Origin: Candidatus Hydrogenedentota bacterium
GTDB taxonomy: Bacteria; Hydrogenedentota; Hydrogenedentia; Hydrogenedentales; SLHB01
Direction of reading: 5' to 3'
NCBI GenBank assembly: GCA_963674865.2
Contig: CAXXYE010000009.1
Span: 416,001 to 480,000 of the forward strand
Length of the DNA stretch: 64,000 nucleotides
Below are positions 1-9,173 of this stretch, in pieces. Each line of letters starts with the position of its first letter. The stretch's first letter is position 1. The position numbers and the translations under genes were made by a program. The notes beneath the pieces are model-generated. The model did not search any database and was not told the origin of the DNA. It saw only the letters and a list, made by a program, of their open reading frames with translations.

Positions 1-1038
1 CAGAAACCGGCCCTCCGCATCCAAGGGCTCAAGACGTACTTCTACACCGACGCGGGCGTCGCCCGTGCCGTGGATGACGTCTCCCTGGACATTCCCGCCG
101 GCAAGACCCTCGCCCTCGTCGGCGAGAGCGGATGCGGCAAGAGCGTCACGGCCCTCTCCATCCTCCGCCTGGTGCCCCGGCCCCCGGGCCGCATCGTCGG
201 CGGTAAGGTCATGCTCGATGGACAAGACCTGCTCGGGATCTCTGAGCGCGCCATGCGGTCGATTCGCGGCAACCGCATTTCGATGATCTTCCAGGAGCCT
301 ATGACCTCCCTCAATCCGGTATTCCGCGTGGGCCGGCAGATCGCCGCCATCCTCACGCTCCATCGCGGCCTCTCCCGCGCGGACGCCCGCGCCGCGGCCA
401 TCGATCTTCTCGACAAGGTCGGTATCCCTTCCCCCGAACAGCGTGTAGACGATTACCCGCACCAGATGTCCGGCGGCATGCGGCAGCGCGCCATGATCGC
501 CATGGCCCTCGCCTGCGATCCGGAATTGCTCATCGCCGACGAGCCTACCACCGCGCTCGATGTCACCATCCAGGCCCAGATCCTCGACCTGCTCCGGAAC
601 CTCCAACAACAACGCGGGATGGCTATTATGTTGATCACCCATGATTTGGGCGTCGTCGCCGAGACCGCCGACGAAGTGGCCATCATGTACGCGGGCAAGA
701 TCGTCGAACAGGCCGCTGTCTCGGACTTGTTCGCGCATCCCAGGCATCCCTACACCCTGGGCCTCTTCGGCTCCCTGCCGAAACTCGGTGCCCGTCGTGA
801 ACGGCTCAAAACTATCCCCGGCCAGGTGCCCGCCGCCACCGATTTCCCCCAAGGTTGCCGGTTCCACCCGCGCTGCCACTACGCCATGGATACCTGCGCC
901 CAGCAGGAGCCGCCTCTCGAAGACGTTGCCCCCGGACACCGCGCCGCCTGCTGGCTCCACGACGCCGAGGTCATGAAAGCCCACGCCCGCCCCGTCGGCC
1001 TGCCGGACGGCGCCCCCCCGGAGCCCACGGAACAATGA
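1..1038 (+). CDS. oppD: Oligopeptide/dipeptide ABC transporter ATP-binding subunit (OppD/DppD type), 5'-truncated by window
   Basis: Frame is open from base 1 ([26 protein letters not shown]). Walker A GESGCGKS, signature MSGGMRQR, Walker [12 protein letters not shown]-terminal HPY and GCRFHPRC. Confidence 0.95.
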   Translation, partial: QKPALRIQGLKTYFYTDAGVARAVDDVSLDIPAGKTLALVGESGCGKSVTALSILRLVPRPPGRIVGGKVMLDGQDLLGISERAMRSIRGNRISMIFQEPMTSLNPVFRVGRQIAAILTLHRGLSRADARAAAIDLLDKVGIPSPEQRVDDYPHQMSGGMRQRAMIAMALACDPELLIADEPTTALDVTIQAQILDLLRNLQQQRGMAIMLITHDLGVVAETADEVAIMYAGKIVEQAAVSDLFAHPRHPYTLGLFGSLPKLGARRERLKTIPGQVPAATDFPQGCRFHPRCHYAMDTCAQQEPPLEDVAPGHRAACWLHDAEVMKAHARPVGLPDGAPPEPTEQ

Positions 1039-2051
1039 GCGCTATGTCACACCAGCGGAAAGACTTAGTCGTTGTTCGCGATCTGGTGAAACACTTCCCC
1101 GTGCGGCGCGGCGTGTTCTCGCGGGTGGCGGGCCACGTCCGAGCCGTGGACGGCATCAGCTTCGCCATTCCCCGAGGCAAGACGTTGAGCCTCGTGGGGG
1201 AGAGCGGCAGCGGGAAGACCACGGCTGGGCGGGCGCTCTTGCGCCTCATCGAGCCGACCGCCGGGTCGATCCATTTCGACGGTATCGACGTGATGGCGTT
1301 GAATTCACGCGAGTTGCGCGGCTTGCGCAAGCGGATGCAGCTCATTTTCCAGGACCCGTACGGCTCGCTCAACCCCCGCATGACCGTTGCGGCCGTGCTC
1401 AGCGAAGTCCTTGGCGTGTATGGAGTTGTCCCGCGTGCGGAGCGCAGGGGACGGGTCCTCGAGATCCTCGACATGGTCGGCCTGGCCCCGGAAAGCGCCG
1501 ACCGCTATCCCCATGAGTTCAGCGGGGGACAGCGCCAACGCATCGGGGTGGCGCGCGCCCTCGCCTGCGAGCCGGACCTTATCGTCGCCGACGAGCCGGT
1601 CTCCGCTCTCGATGTGTCTATCCAGGCCCAGATCCTGAATCTATTGGAGGATCTACAGGAACGCCTTGGCCTCGCGTATCTATTTATAGGCCACGACCTT
1701 AGTGTCGTCCAGCACATCTCGGACACCGTCGCCGTCATGTACCTCGGACGCATTGTCGAGATGGGCCCAGTAGACACGATTTTCGACGCCACCGTACACC
1801 CCTACACCAAAGCGCTGCTCTCGGCAGTGCCCATCCCGGACCCGGAGCGCAAGCGCAGCCGCATCCTGCTGCCGGGGGATATGCCGAGCCCCATCAACCC
1901 GCCTCCGGGATGCCCCTTCCATCCTCGCTGTCCCGATGCACAACCCGAGTGCCGCCAACGGGTTCAGCGGCTCGTTGAGGTCACCCCCGGACACACCGCC
2001 GCCTGCCACGTCCATGCCCCGTCCGCGGAAGCAGCCACCAAACCAGCTTAG
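1035..2051 (+). CDS. oppF: Oligopeptide/dipeptide ABC transporter ATP-binding subunit (OppF/DppF type)
   Basis: ATG at 1035 overlaps the upstream TGA (ATGA). [34 protein letters not shown]. Confidence 0.95.
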   Translation: MSAMSHQRKDLVVVRDLVKHFPVRRGVFSRVAGHVRAVDGISFAIPRGKTLSLVGESGSGKTTAGRALLRLIEPTAGSIHFDGIDVMALNSRELRGLRKRMQLIFQDPYGSLNPRMTVAAVLSEVLGVYGVVPRAERRGRVLEILDMVGLAPESADRYPHEFSGGQRQRIGVARALACEPDLIVADEPVSALDVSIQAQILNLLEDLQERLGLAYLFIGHDLSVVQHISDTVAVMYLGRIVEMGPVDTIFDATVHPYTKALLSAVPIPDPERKRSRILLPGDMPSPINPPPGCPFHPRCPDAQPECRQRVQRLVEVTPGHTAACHVHAPSAEAATKPA

Positions 2052-2112
2052 GGTAAGTCTCTCCCCTTCAACGGCTTGACCAACTTCCCCCTTCCCTTCC
2101 GAAGACCAACCG

Positions 2113-2592
2113 TCAGTCCTCTTCTGGGGACCAGCAGGGCGTGACCTGGGGCCGTGGCGCGGGCGGAGATCCGCCAACCACTTGATGTACTTGAGTTTGC
2201 GGGCGGACGGCATGGGAAGCGGCCAAAGCGCCTTGGGCCTGTTTGTAATGGTCGGTCAGTTCTCGCAAGCGGGTCTCGCCCGGGAGATTGGCGTTTTGGA
2301 TAAGTGCTTTTGCCACAAGGGCTTGAATCGGCGATGCGCCCTGTCCCGGGTGGGCGTCTTGCTGGGCGAAGTAGGCGTAGACAATGGCCCAGATCGCCTG
2401 GCGTTTTGTTATACCCAATGTGGTGGCCAGGGCCTCGACGCGGCCATCTATGTACTTGTCGCCTAATGGGTTATCGGCGACTCTGCGGACGTAGGCGGAG
2501 AAGGTCATCTTGGCCTCTTTGGCCTCGGCTTTGAGCCGTTCATATTGCTCCGGCGGGAGGGAAATGAAGGTCCGGGTGAAGTTCTTTTTCAT
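2113..2592 (-). CDS. Hypothetical protein with N-terminal ribbon-helix-helix (CopG/Arc-like) DNA-binding motif
   Basis: 159 aa. N-terminus RTFISLPPEQYERLKAEAKEAKMTFSAYVRRV fits a beta-alpha-alpha RHH pattern. GAGG RBS and a promoter-like element lie upstream. Confidence 0.6.
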   Translation of the reverse strand: MKKNFTRTFISLPPEQYERLKAEAKEAKMTFSAYVRRVADNPLGDKYIDGRVEALATTLGITKRQAIWAIVYAYFAQQDAHPGQGASPIQALVAKALIQNANLPGETRLRELTDHYKQAQGALAASHAVRPQTQVHQVVGGSPPAPRPQVTPCWSPEED

Positions 2593-2609
2593 GGCGTCAA
2601 CCTCGTTTT

Positions 2610-2639
2610 GTTATACGATTGTGCCTGAAAAGGGGTCAT
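2610..2639 (-). promoter_or_regulatory. Putative sigma70 promoter of the RHH gene
   Basis: Minus strand reads ATGACC-18 bp-TATAAC, in an AT-rich stretch just upstream of the RBS. Confidence 0.4.
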
Positions 2640-2653
2640 TTTTCAACCGTTTT

Positions 2654-2712
2654 TCGCTCGTTTTGGGTCGAAAAGGGGCGGAAATGATCGAAAATGGACC
2701 CAAAATGAGCGA
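2654..2712. repeat. 16-bp inverted repeat with 27-bp spacer (candidate operator or hairpin)
   Basis: tcgctcgttttgggtc (2654-2669) and gacccaaaatgagcga (2697-2712), one mismatch. Confidence 0.7.
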
Positions 2713-2910
2713 CTTTTTTCGGGCCCTCTCCGGGAATACGTCCATGGATACTACATATTACGCCGCGCCCGGCCAAGGGAACGAAACAGACCCGCGAGTC
2801 CATTAGCAGACTAAGTTTGTTGTATGATGCCAGGCCGCAACGGGGGAGTGCTCTGGGAAAAGGGGGAGATTCGGGGCTGGATGATGGAGAGGTCTAAACG
2901 CGGAGGCGGA

Positions 2911-3012
2911 GAGGGCGCGGAGGCGCGCGGAGAGTGGGCAGGCAGGGCGGCTTGCGAGGCGCGGGCATCAACGGCGGGTCGCGACCCGCCCTGATACGCC
3001 GCTCCGGGTGAG
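2911..3012 (+). repeat. About 100-bp imperfect direct repeat, copy A1 (partner 5361-5456)
   Basis: gagggcgcggaggcgcgcggagagtgggc...gcatcaacggcgggtcgcgacccgccc...acgccgct...ggtgag. Contains the perfect 18-bp palindrome ggcgggtcgcgacccgcc. Confidence 0.85.
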
Positions 3013-3034
3013 CAAAGGTGAATGCTGGGATGAT

Positions 3035-3340
3035 GTCAAGCTGAAGCTTGAACTCCGACCGTGTCGCGGGGGTGAGGTCGGGGATCGGTAAGCGGGGCCT
3101 GTGGCTCTTTGCAGCGGGGCGAGGAGGCATGGGCGCCTTGCCTGTTGTTTGCGGCTGTCGCCGCAAGCCAAGCAGCTCTGTGGGCCACGTTTGCTGCGCA
3201 AGCCGCGGCCGGCTTGAACTCCGAACGCGGGGCGGGGGTTGGGTTGGGTGGATGACGCTTGGAGTGGTCGTGTGCAGAGCCGCAGTTGCGGGGAGAGGAA
3301 ATCGTGGCCACAGATGAACGCAGATAGACACAGCAGAGCG
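3035..3340. repeat. Mosaic of short REP-like elements
   Basis: gtcaagctgaagcttgaactccga (3035-3058) and gcttgaactccgaac (3212-3226), related to 21159-21184. gccacagatgaacgcagatagacacag near 3307, related to 20851 and about 32138. Confidence 0.7.
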
Positions 3341-3465
3341 CAAGCACGGAAGCGAGGCGGCTGAGAGCCGCTGTCGGAATAGGCGGCCGTCACGGCTCGG
3401 TCCACTTGGTTTCCGGAAGCCAGACTTCACGCGCGGGCGTTCGCTCCCGGTGGCTTGCTCCGGCG

Positions 3466-3795
3466 TTATCTTGGGCGGTTCAAGATGATCGTGAGCCAGA
3501 TGGCGCCAACGGTGGTGGCGAAGATACCTCCAACCGTGATACAGGATCCGGTCCGCCACAACATGTCCGGGCCTCGCTGCGCCACAACGTTGTACTGCTC
3601 ATCGAAGGTGAATCTGGCTAACGCTCCGGCCGTATGACAAGCACCACCGGCGCCAAGCAGGCCGAGGCCGACAGCGAGTAGCACGGCACTGAGGCATCTC
3701 TGGCGCAATCCTGTGAAGAGCGCCAAAGCGGAGAGCATAAGAAGAAGCACGATTAAGCCGTAGCTTTCGAGGTGGCTGAGAAGAACCGTGTTCAT
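3466..3795 (-). CDS. Small membrane protein (about 3 TM), hypothetical
   Basis: 109 aa with three hydrophobic segments and a GGAGG RBS upstream of the ATG. Confidence 0.7.
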   Translation of the reverse strand: MNTVLLSHLESYGLIVLLLMLSALALFTGLRQRCLSAVLLAVGLGLLGAGGACHTAGALARFTFDEQYNVVAQRGPDMLWRTGSCITVGGIFATTVGAIWLTIILNRPR

Positions 3796-3820
3796 TGTGT
3801 TCCTCCAGGCGGCCGGCGGC

Positions 3821-4987
3821 TCACGGCCCGTCGTCCGTGGCCGGTTGCGCAGCGCCTTCCCGGCGGTAGTACTCGAGTTCGCCTTGGGGTGTGCGGAGTA
3901 TGAGTCGGGAGCAGTCGGGGCAGCGTATCAGGGAGCCCACGTACGCGGCGCTGCGAGCAAGGCATCCGAGCTTGTCCTTTTCATTGGCGGCGCGAAGCGC
4001 ATCGAATTCGGATGAGAGAAACGCCATGTAGTCTGCGTCGGCTATGAGGGCATAGGACTCGCATCTTGCTAGATCGTCCGGGTGCGGGCCGCAGAGTTCG
4101 CGGCCGCATAGGCAACGGCAACGCATGGTGTCTTGCTCCATTGTTACGCGTCCCGCGCAGGCTTGATTGGGCTCCGAGTGCGCCGCTGGGCACGGATCGG
4201 GCGCGGGCCTCGTACAGGGCCTTTGCGTGTCCTTCGTCGGTGTGTTCCCCAAGCTATCCAGGCATACCACGGTGCACTCGGTGAAATTGAACACCGGCAC
4301 GTTCTTGACGAACACTTTGCAGTTAACGAGAAGATCGAGGTCCTCGTCCCGCAGCAGTTCAATGCCTTTCAAATGGTTCGCGTAGATCTCGATAAACTTG
4401 CACTCGTTCGGCAACTCCCCACCGAAAGGCGCCAGACAGCACTCGGGCAGGTGGACGTGGTCCAGCTTGCCGTCGTCCGGATCGATCATCTGCAGCGTGT
4501 ATTCCCCACACCACTCTTCCGGGGCATGGCCGTCTGCGATCCATTTGTCCTTCGGCACCGGCGTCTCTCTCACTACGCCGTAGATGCGGTAGACAAACGG
4601 GGAGAGCGGTTCCTCGATATTGGACTTGATGAGGACGATGTCCCCCGGCGAGAAGAGCTGCTCATGTGTGTATAGCTCGAAGTCCGGCGCGTCTGCGGGC
4701 GCGGCACATGAGTCCTGGTGGAGCATTCCATCTACGGTGAATGTCCACTCGCGCGGCCAGGCGCATGCGTCTGAGGATGTCAGCGCGTCCACAGGCGCCT
4801 CCACGATGACATTGCGGTAGTTTGTCATCTCCTGGGGCGTCTCCGTCTCCTCCATGGAGCGCAGGTATTGCCGGGCCTTCTCCCAGGAGGAGAATACGGC
4901 CTCGCCAGCCTGCGAAACGTCCCCGGCCCAATTGCCAAGGCCCAACTGACGCGCAATGTATACGGTCCTGACTCTATCTCTAGCCAT
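3821..4987 (-). CDS. Hypothetical protein, probably two ancestral genes in one frame (acidic N-terminal domain plus C-terminal Cys-rich Zn-ribbon protein starting at 4126)
   Basis: 388-aa ORF with a GAGG RBS. Internal GGAG-N9-ATG at 4126 starts MRCRCLCG...RCPDCSRL. The Pro-rich linker looks like read-through intergenic DNA. Confidence 0.65.
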   Translation of the reverse strand: MARDRVRTVYIARQLGLGNWAGDVSQAGEAVFSSWEKARQYLRSMEETETPQEMTNYRNVIVEAPVDALTSSDACAWPREWTFTVDGMLHQDSCAAPADAPDFELYTHEQLFSPGDIVLIKSNIEEPLSPFVYRIYGVVRETPVPKDKWIADGHAPEEWCGEYTLQMIDPDDGKLDHVHLPECCLAPFGGELPNECKFIEIYANHLKGIELLRDEDLDLLVNCKVFVKNVPVFNFTECTVVCLDSLGNTPTKDTQRPCTRPAPDPCPAAHSEPNQACAGRVTMEQDTMRCRCLCGRELCGPHPDDLARCESYALIADADYMAFLSSEFDALRAANEKDKLGCLARSAAYVGSLIRCPDCSRLILRTPQGELEYYRREGAAQPATDDGP

Positions 4988-5360
4988 ACGTTCCTCACTC
5001 TTCTGTCACGAGCGGCAGACACGGCCCAACGCCCGAAAGAGCCCAACTGACAATCGGACGTGCCAAACCTGTTGGGATCCCCCAAACGCTGGAGGCCGGC
5101 GCATCCGGGCGTGTGCGATCGTCTACTCCGCCTCCGTTGGCGTCCCCGCAGATGATAGTGACACCATACTACACTCTTCGGCCTAGGATGGCTACGGCGT
5201 GCCGGGTGTGCGGGCGTCGGGTTCCGATTGTCTTGAGCTCACGCAAAGCCGCGAAGGCGCAAAGGGCTATGCCAAATGTGCCGTGCCTAGCGGGACTTGT
5301 TCTGGGGAACTCGGTGGGCTGGGCGGTTTGGCGTTGGAGAATTGTTGACGCAGATGGGGG

Positions 5361-5456
5361 GAGGGCGCGGAGGTGCGCGGAGAGTGGGCCGGCAGGGGGC
5401 TTGAAGGGGGCCGAGCATCAACGGCGGGTCACGTCCCGCCCAACGCCGCTGGTGAG
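5361..5456 (+). repeat. About 100-bp imperfect direct repeat, copy A2 (partner 2911-3012)
   Basis: gagggcgcggaggtgcgcggagagtgggcc...gcatcaacggcgggtcacgtcccgccc-aacgccgctggtgag. Starts 2450 bp after copy A1. Confidence 0.85.
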
Positions 5457-5535
5457 TCACTTTCGAGAGACGATGTCACATCCAAGCGCCGTGTGCGCGG
5501 CACGGCTGGGTCGCGACATGCGGCGTTTCTTCCTT

Positions 5536-5564
5536 TTGAACCTGCGCGCGGGGGGTGGTATGCT
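5536..5564 (+). promoter_or_regulatory. Putative sigma70 promoter
   Basis: TTGAAC-17 bp-TATGCT with an extended -10 TG, upstream of the oxidoreductase at 5695. Confidence 0.55.
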
Positions 5565-5694
5565 CTCGCGAATCAACAATGTTGGCGTGCCGCCGGTTTG
5601 CGGGACGGGCAAGTGAAGGTGGGCGCTGAATCAAATGCCGGGTCGCCAAGGGCCTCTGCAAGCGCAGGGCTGGTGAATGAAGGAAGGCAAGATC

Positions 5695-7020
5695 ATGGAA
5701 GCGAGGAAGATCAGACGACGTACATTCTTGTTTGGAACAGCGCTCACCGCGGCGGGTTGCGCCGTGGGACGCCCGCGGGTGAGTCTTGTTTCGCCCAACG
5801 AGAAGCTGAACGTGGCCGGTATCGGCGTGGGCGGCAAAGGGTACAGCGACCTGGAGAACGTCAGCAGCGAGAATATCGTTGCGCTTTGCGACGTGAGCGA
5901 TAAGAGCGCGGCCAAGGCTTGGGAGCGCTTCCCCAATGCCCGGCGATACCGTGACTACCGCGAGATGCTCGACAAGGAGGCCAATAACATCGACGCCGTC
6001 ACGGTGTCGACGGCCGACCACGCCCACGCGACGGCGGCGTTGGCGGCGATGGAGTTGGGCAAGCACGTGTATGTCCAGAAGCCTCTCACCCATTCGATTC
6101 ACGAGGCGCGCGTTCTCACCGAAGCGGCCCGCCGCTACAAGGTGGCCACGCAGATGGGCAATCAGGGCCATTCGGGCGACGGCGTACGCCAGTTGTGCGA
6201 GATGATTTGGTCCGGCGCCATCGGCCCCGTGCGCGAAGCGCATATCTGGACGAATCGCCCACTATGGCCGCAGGGCATGCCGAAGCCTCTTGATCCGGAG
6301 CCCGTGCCCGGTTTCCTGAAATGGGACCTCTGGCTGAATCACGCGCCCGAGCGGCCGTATAACAAGAAGTATGCGCCGTTCAATTGGCGCGGCTGGTGGG
6401 ATTTCGGCTGCGGCGCCTTGGGCGACATGGGCTGCCACATCATGGATCCGGCGAACTGGTCCTTAAAACTCGGCGCCCCGACGAGCGTGGAAGTCATCCG
6501 TCAGAAGGGCAAGAATGACCAGACCGCGCCGGAGTCGTCCGTGCTCCGCTATGAGTTCCCGGCCCGGGCGGACATGGCTCCCGTCACGGTCTACTGGTAT
6601 GACGGCGGCGAATTGCCCCCACGTCCGGCAGGCGTCGATCCCGACACGAAGCTCGGGGATGGGGCCAACGGCTCGCTGTTCATCGGCGACAAAGGCGTGC
6701 TCACCACGGGTTGCTACGGTGGCCACACCCGATTCCTCCCCGAGGAACTGAACGAAGGCTACACGATGCCCAGGGAGATCATTCCGCGGATCCCGAACGG
6801 CGATCACGCGCAGGACTGGGTCCAGGCGTGTAAGGGCGGCCGGCCCGCCTGCTCGAATTTCGATTATGGCGGCCCCTTCACGGAAACGGTCCTTCTTGGC
6901 AACCTCGCGCTGCGCGTGGGTGGCAAGCTCGAGTGGGACAGCGCGCGGATGAAGGTTACGAACAACCGCGAGGCGAACCAGTACGTCCGCGAGACGTACC
7001 GGAAAGGCTGGGCCCTCTAG
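5695..7020 (+). CDS. Gfo/Idh/MocA-family oxidoreductase with Tat (lipo)protein signal
   Basis: RRRTFL twin-arginine motif and AAGC lipobox. GVGGKG Rossmann motif, HVYVQKPL, GALGDMGCH. AAGGAAGG RBS before the ATG at 5695. Confidence 0.93.
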   Translation: MEARKIRRRTFLFGTALTAAGCAVGRPRVSLVSPNEKLNVAGIGVGGKGYSDLENVSSENIVALCDVSDKSAAKAWERFPNARRYRDYREMLDKEANNIDAVTVSTADHAHATAALAAMELGKHVYVQKPLTHSIHEARVLTEAARRYKVATQMGNQGHSGDGVRQLCEMIWSGAIGPVREAHIWTNRPLWPQGMPKPLDPEPVPGFLKWDLWLNHAPERPYNKKYAPFNWRGWWDFGCGALGDMGCHIMDPANWSLKLGAPTSVEVIRQKGKNDQTAPESSVLRYEFPARADMAPVTVYWYDGGELPPRPAGVDPDTKLGDGANGSLFIGDKGVLTTGCYGGHTRFLPEELNEGYTMPREIIPRIPNGDHAQDWVQACKGGRPACSNFDYGGPFTETVLLGNLALRVGGKLEWDSARMKVTNNREANQYVRETYRKGWAL

Positions 7021-7046
7021 CCGCACCGCCGATACGGTTCAACACT

Positions 7047-7082
7047 AAGGGCTCTCCCGGGGCAACGCCCGGGAGAGCCCTT
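7047..7082 (+). terminator. Rho-independent terminator-like hairpin
   Basis: aagggctctcccggg-gcaacg-cccgggagagccctt, a 15-bp stem 26 bp after the stop codon. Confidence 0.75.
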
Positions 7083-7171
7083 CTGCATTAGCCACCGGCG
7101 CGTGTGCTGCCGGGCGTGATATACTGGGCACGTTTGAGATTCGAGCCGACAACGACGGGAGATGGGCACAT

Positions 7172-7927
7172 ATGGCGGATCTGCGCGCGGAAATCGAGGA
7201 GCAGTTGCAGGCACTGGAGGAGTTGCGCAAGGGTCGAGAGGCGATTGTGAACCACGTTCGCGACTTGCTCAAGCGGGCCGATGAGAAGCGGCTGTCGACG
7301 GATAAGGAGCAGCGGAAGTGGAGCCGCGCCCTGGATCACCTCGAGGACGGCCTGGACGAGGCCAAGGCGAAGCTGACGCAGTGCGAGGGAGATATCAAGA
7401 AGCTTCGGAAGAAGCTCGAGGACGGCGCGCCGAGCGCCAAGGCCCACCGCCGCCCCGCTGACGCGCCAACGGCGGATGCCGCCGAGCGCCCGATTGCCGA
7501 GGATCCGATCACAGCGGCTCAGCATATCCTGTCGGCGCCGTTTGAAGCCCTCGGCCACATCCCGCTCCAGGAGATCGCCCTGGGGAGGCGTTACCTGATA
7601 GCCCGGGCGCATGGCAGGCCCCGCACCATTGAGCAGCGACGTCTGGCGGGCCGAATTGAGCTGGCGAACCAATGCAGGCGGCGCCTGTTCTCCGCGGCGA
7701 GTGCCACGCCGCCTCAGGAGCGCCGCAAGCAAGTTCTCCTGCGCAACGCCATTGACAAGATTTGTGCCGGCCGGTTCGATGAGGCCACGGAGGCCGAGAT
7801 TGGCCTCGTGATCGGCACGCACAGCCTGCTCGCTCAACGCGTAGATCTGGATGATACCAGCAAGCGTCTCCGCGATGTGTTGTCGGAGGCGGTTTCACGG
7901 CTGGATCAAGAAGAGAACGGCGACTGA
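7172..7927 (+). CDS. Hypothetical protein with N-terminal coiled coil
   Basis: 251 aa with a heptad-rich N-terminus. GGGAG RBS and TGnTATACT extended -10 at 7117-7125. Confidence 0.75.
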   Translation: MADLRAEIEEQLQALEELRKGREAIVNHVRDLLKRADEKRLSTDKEQRKWSRALDHLEDGLDEAKAKLTQCEGDIKKLRKKLEDGAPSAKAHRRPADAPTADAAERPIAEDPITAAQHILSAPFEALGHIPLQEIALGRRYLIARAHGRPRTIEQRRLAGRIELANQCRRRLFSAASATPPQERRKQVLLRNAIDKICAGRFDEATEAEIGLVIGTHSLLAQRVDLDDTSKRLRDVLSEAVSRLDQEENGD

Positions 7928-7954
7928 GACACGCGAAGCGCGGCCCCAGGCGTT

Positions 7955-9103
7955 CTACGGCGCAGCGGATTCCGGTTCGAATAGGTTGACGATCTCGGCG
8001 TATCCCTTTTGGCGGGCGCGCTCAATCGGCGTTATGCCTGCCGCGTCGGGCGTTTTGGGATCCGCCCCGTTTTCGAGAAGCTCTGCGGCGAGGGCCGCCT
8101 GGCCACGCTCGGCGGCCAGCGCCAAGGGCGTGGCGCCCTGGCGATCGCGTGCGTCAACGTGAGCCCCCTTGTCGATCAACAAGGAAGCCATCTCTCGCTG
8201 CCCTTGTATGGCGGTCAGGTGCAGGGGCGTAAGGCCATCCAGCTTGGCCGCGTTTGGATCCGCTCCGCTGTCGAGGAGCATCCGTGCCAACGCCATGTGC
8301 CCTTGCATGGCCGCGAAATGCAGGGGCGTCGCCCCCAACGTGCTCTTGGCGTTTACCAGGGCTTTGTCGCTTTCCAGCAGCGTCTTGGCCGTTTCGATAT
8401 CGCCGTTGAGCGCGGCGTCGTTGATGGTGAAGGCTGCTCCCCGCGCTTTGAGCAGTTCCACAATGGCGGCGTGATCGCGCTGCGCGGCGAGGCCGAGGGG
8501 TGTGATGCCGTCGCCGTCCGTCGCCGCGGCCTTGGCGCCTTTCGCGAGCAGGAGTTTGGCGACGTCGGCCTGTCCCGTGATCGCCGCGGCGTGCAGCGGC
8601 GTCAATCCAGTCTCAGCGGCCGCGTTGGGATCCGCGCCCTGTGCAAGGAGGAGCTCGGTGAGTTCCGTATGGCCGCGGAACGCCGCCCAGTGGAGCGGCG
8701 TTCGCCCCATTCTGTCTTTGGCGCCGACGTCCGCCCCTTTATCAAGCAGCAATGAGGCTATCTCGAGATCGTTCTCGATGACGGCCTTGTGGAGCGGTCT
8801 ATCCCCCCACTGATCCGGGGCGTTGACGTCGGCCCCGCGCCCGAGCAGGAGTTCCGCGACTTCCTTTTGGCCTTCCATTACAGCGAAATGCAGCGGCGTC
8901 ATGCCTTGGGCCGTCGTCTTCAGATTGACATCGACGCCGTGGTCGAGATATTGCGTCACACAGGTTGCGTCGCCCATCGCAGCGGCTTCATGAATCGTTG
9001 AGTAGGCCGGCGCGGCTTGCTCCTCCTGGGCCCCAGCGAGCCAGGGCGTTGCCAGGAGCAGAATCATGAACCGAAAACCTGTCCGCATAGCATGCTCCCT
9101 CAT
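7955..9103 (-). CDS. Secreted ankyrin-repeat protein
   Basis: Signal peptide (FRFMILLLATPWLAGA) followed by about 10 G-x-TPLHxAA ankyrin repeats. Confidence 0.93.
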   Translation of the reverse strand: MREHAMRTGFRFMILLLATPWLAGAQEEQAAPAYSTIHEAAAMGDATCVTQYLDHGVDVNLKTTAQGMTPLHFAVMEGQKEVAELLLGRGADVNAPDQWGDRPLHKAVIENDLEIASLLLDKGADVGAKDRMGRTPLHWAAFRGHTELTELLLAQGADPNAAAETGLTPLHAAAITGQADVAKLLLAKGAKAAATDGDGITPLGLAAQRDHAAIVELLKARGAAFTINDAALNGDIETAKTLLESDKALVNAKSTLGATPLHFAAMQGHMALARMLLDSGADPNAAKLDGLTPLHLTAIQGQREMASLLIDKGAHVDARDRQGATPLALAAERGQAALAAELLENGADPKTPDAAGITPIERARQKGYAEIVNLFEPESAAP

Positions 9104-9173
9104 CGAATTGCGCCGTTGAACCGTACTTCATGAGGATAACGCAGTCAGGAGTGTGCTTTCTAATCCGAATGGC

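Noticed and set aside
2894..3559. 221-aa minus-strand ORF and overlapping ORFs
   Set aside because: They run across repeat mosaics, have Pro/Arg-rich non-protein-like composition and overlap the better-supported 3466-3795 gene.
5023..5140. gcccaac...gttggg motifs as an attC site
   Set aside because: Arm spacing and L-box pairing do not fit the attC layout.
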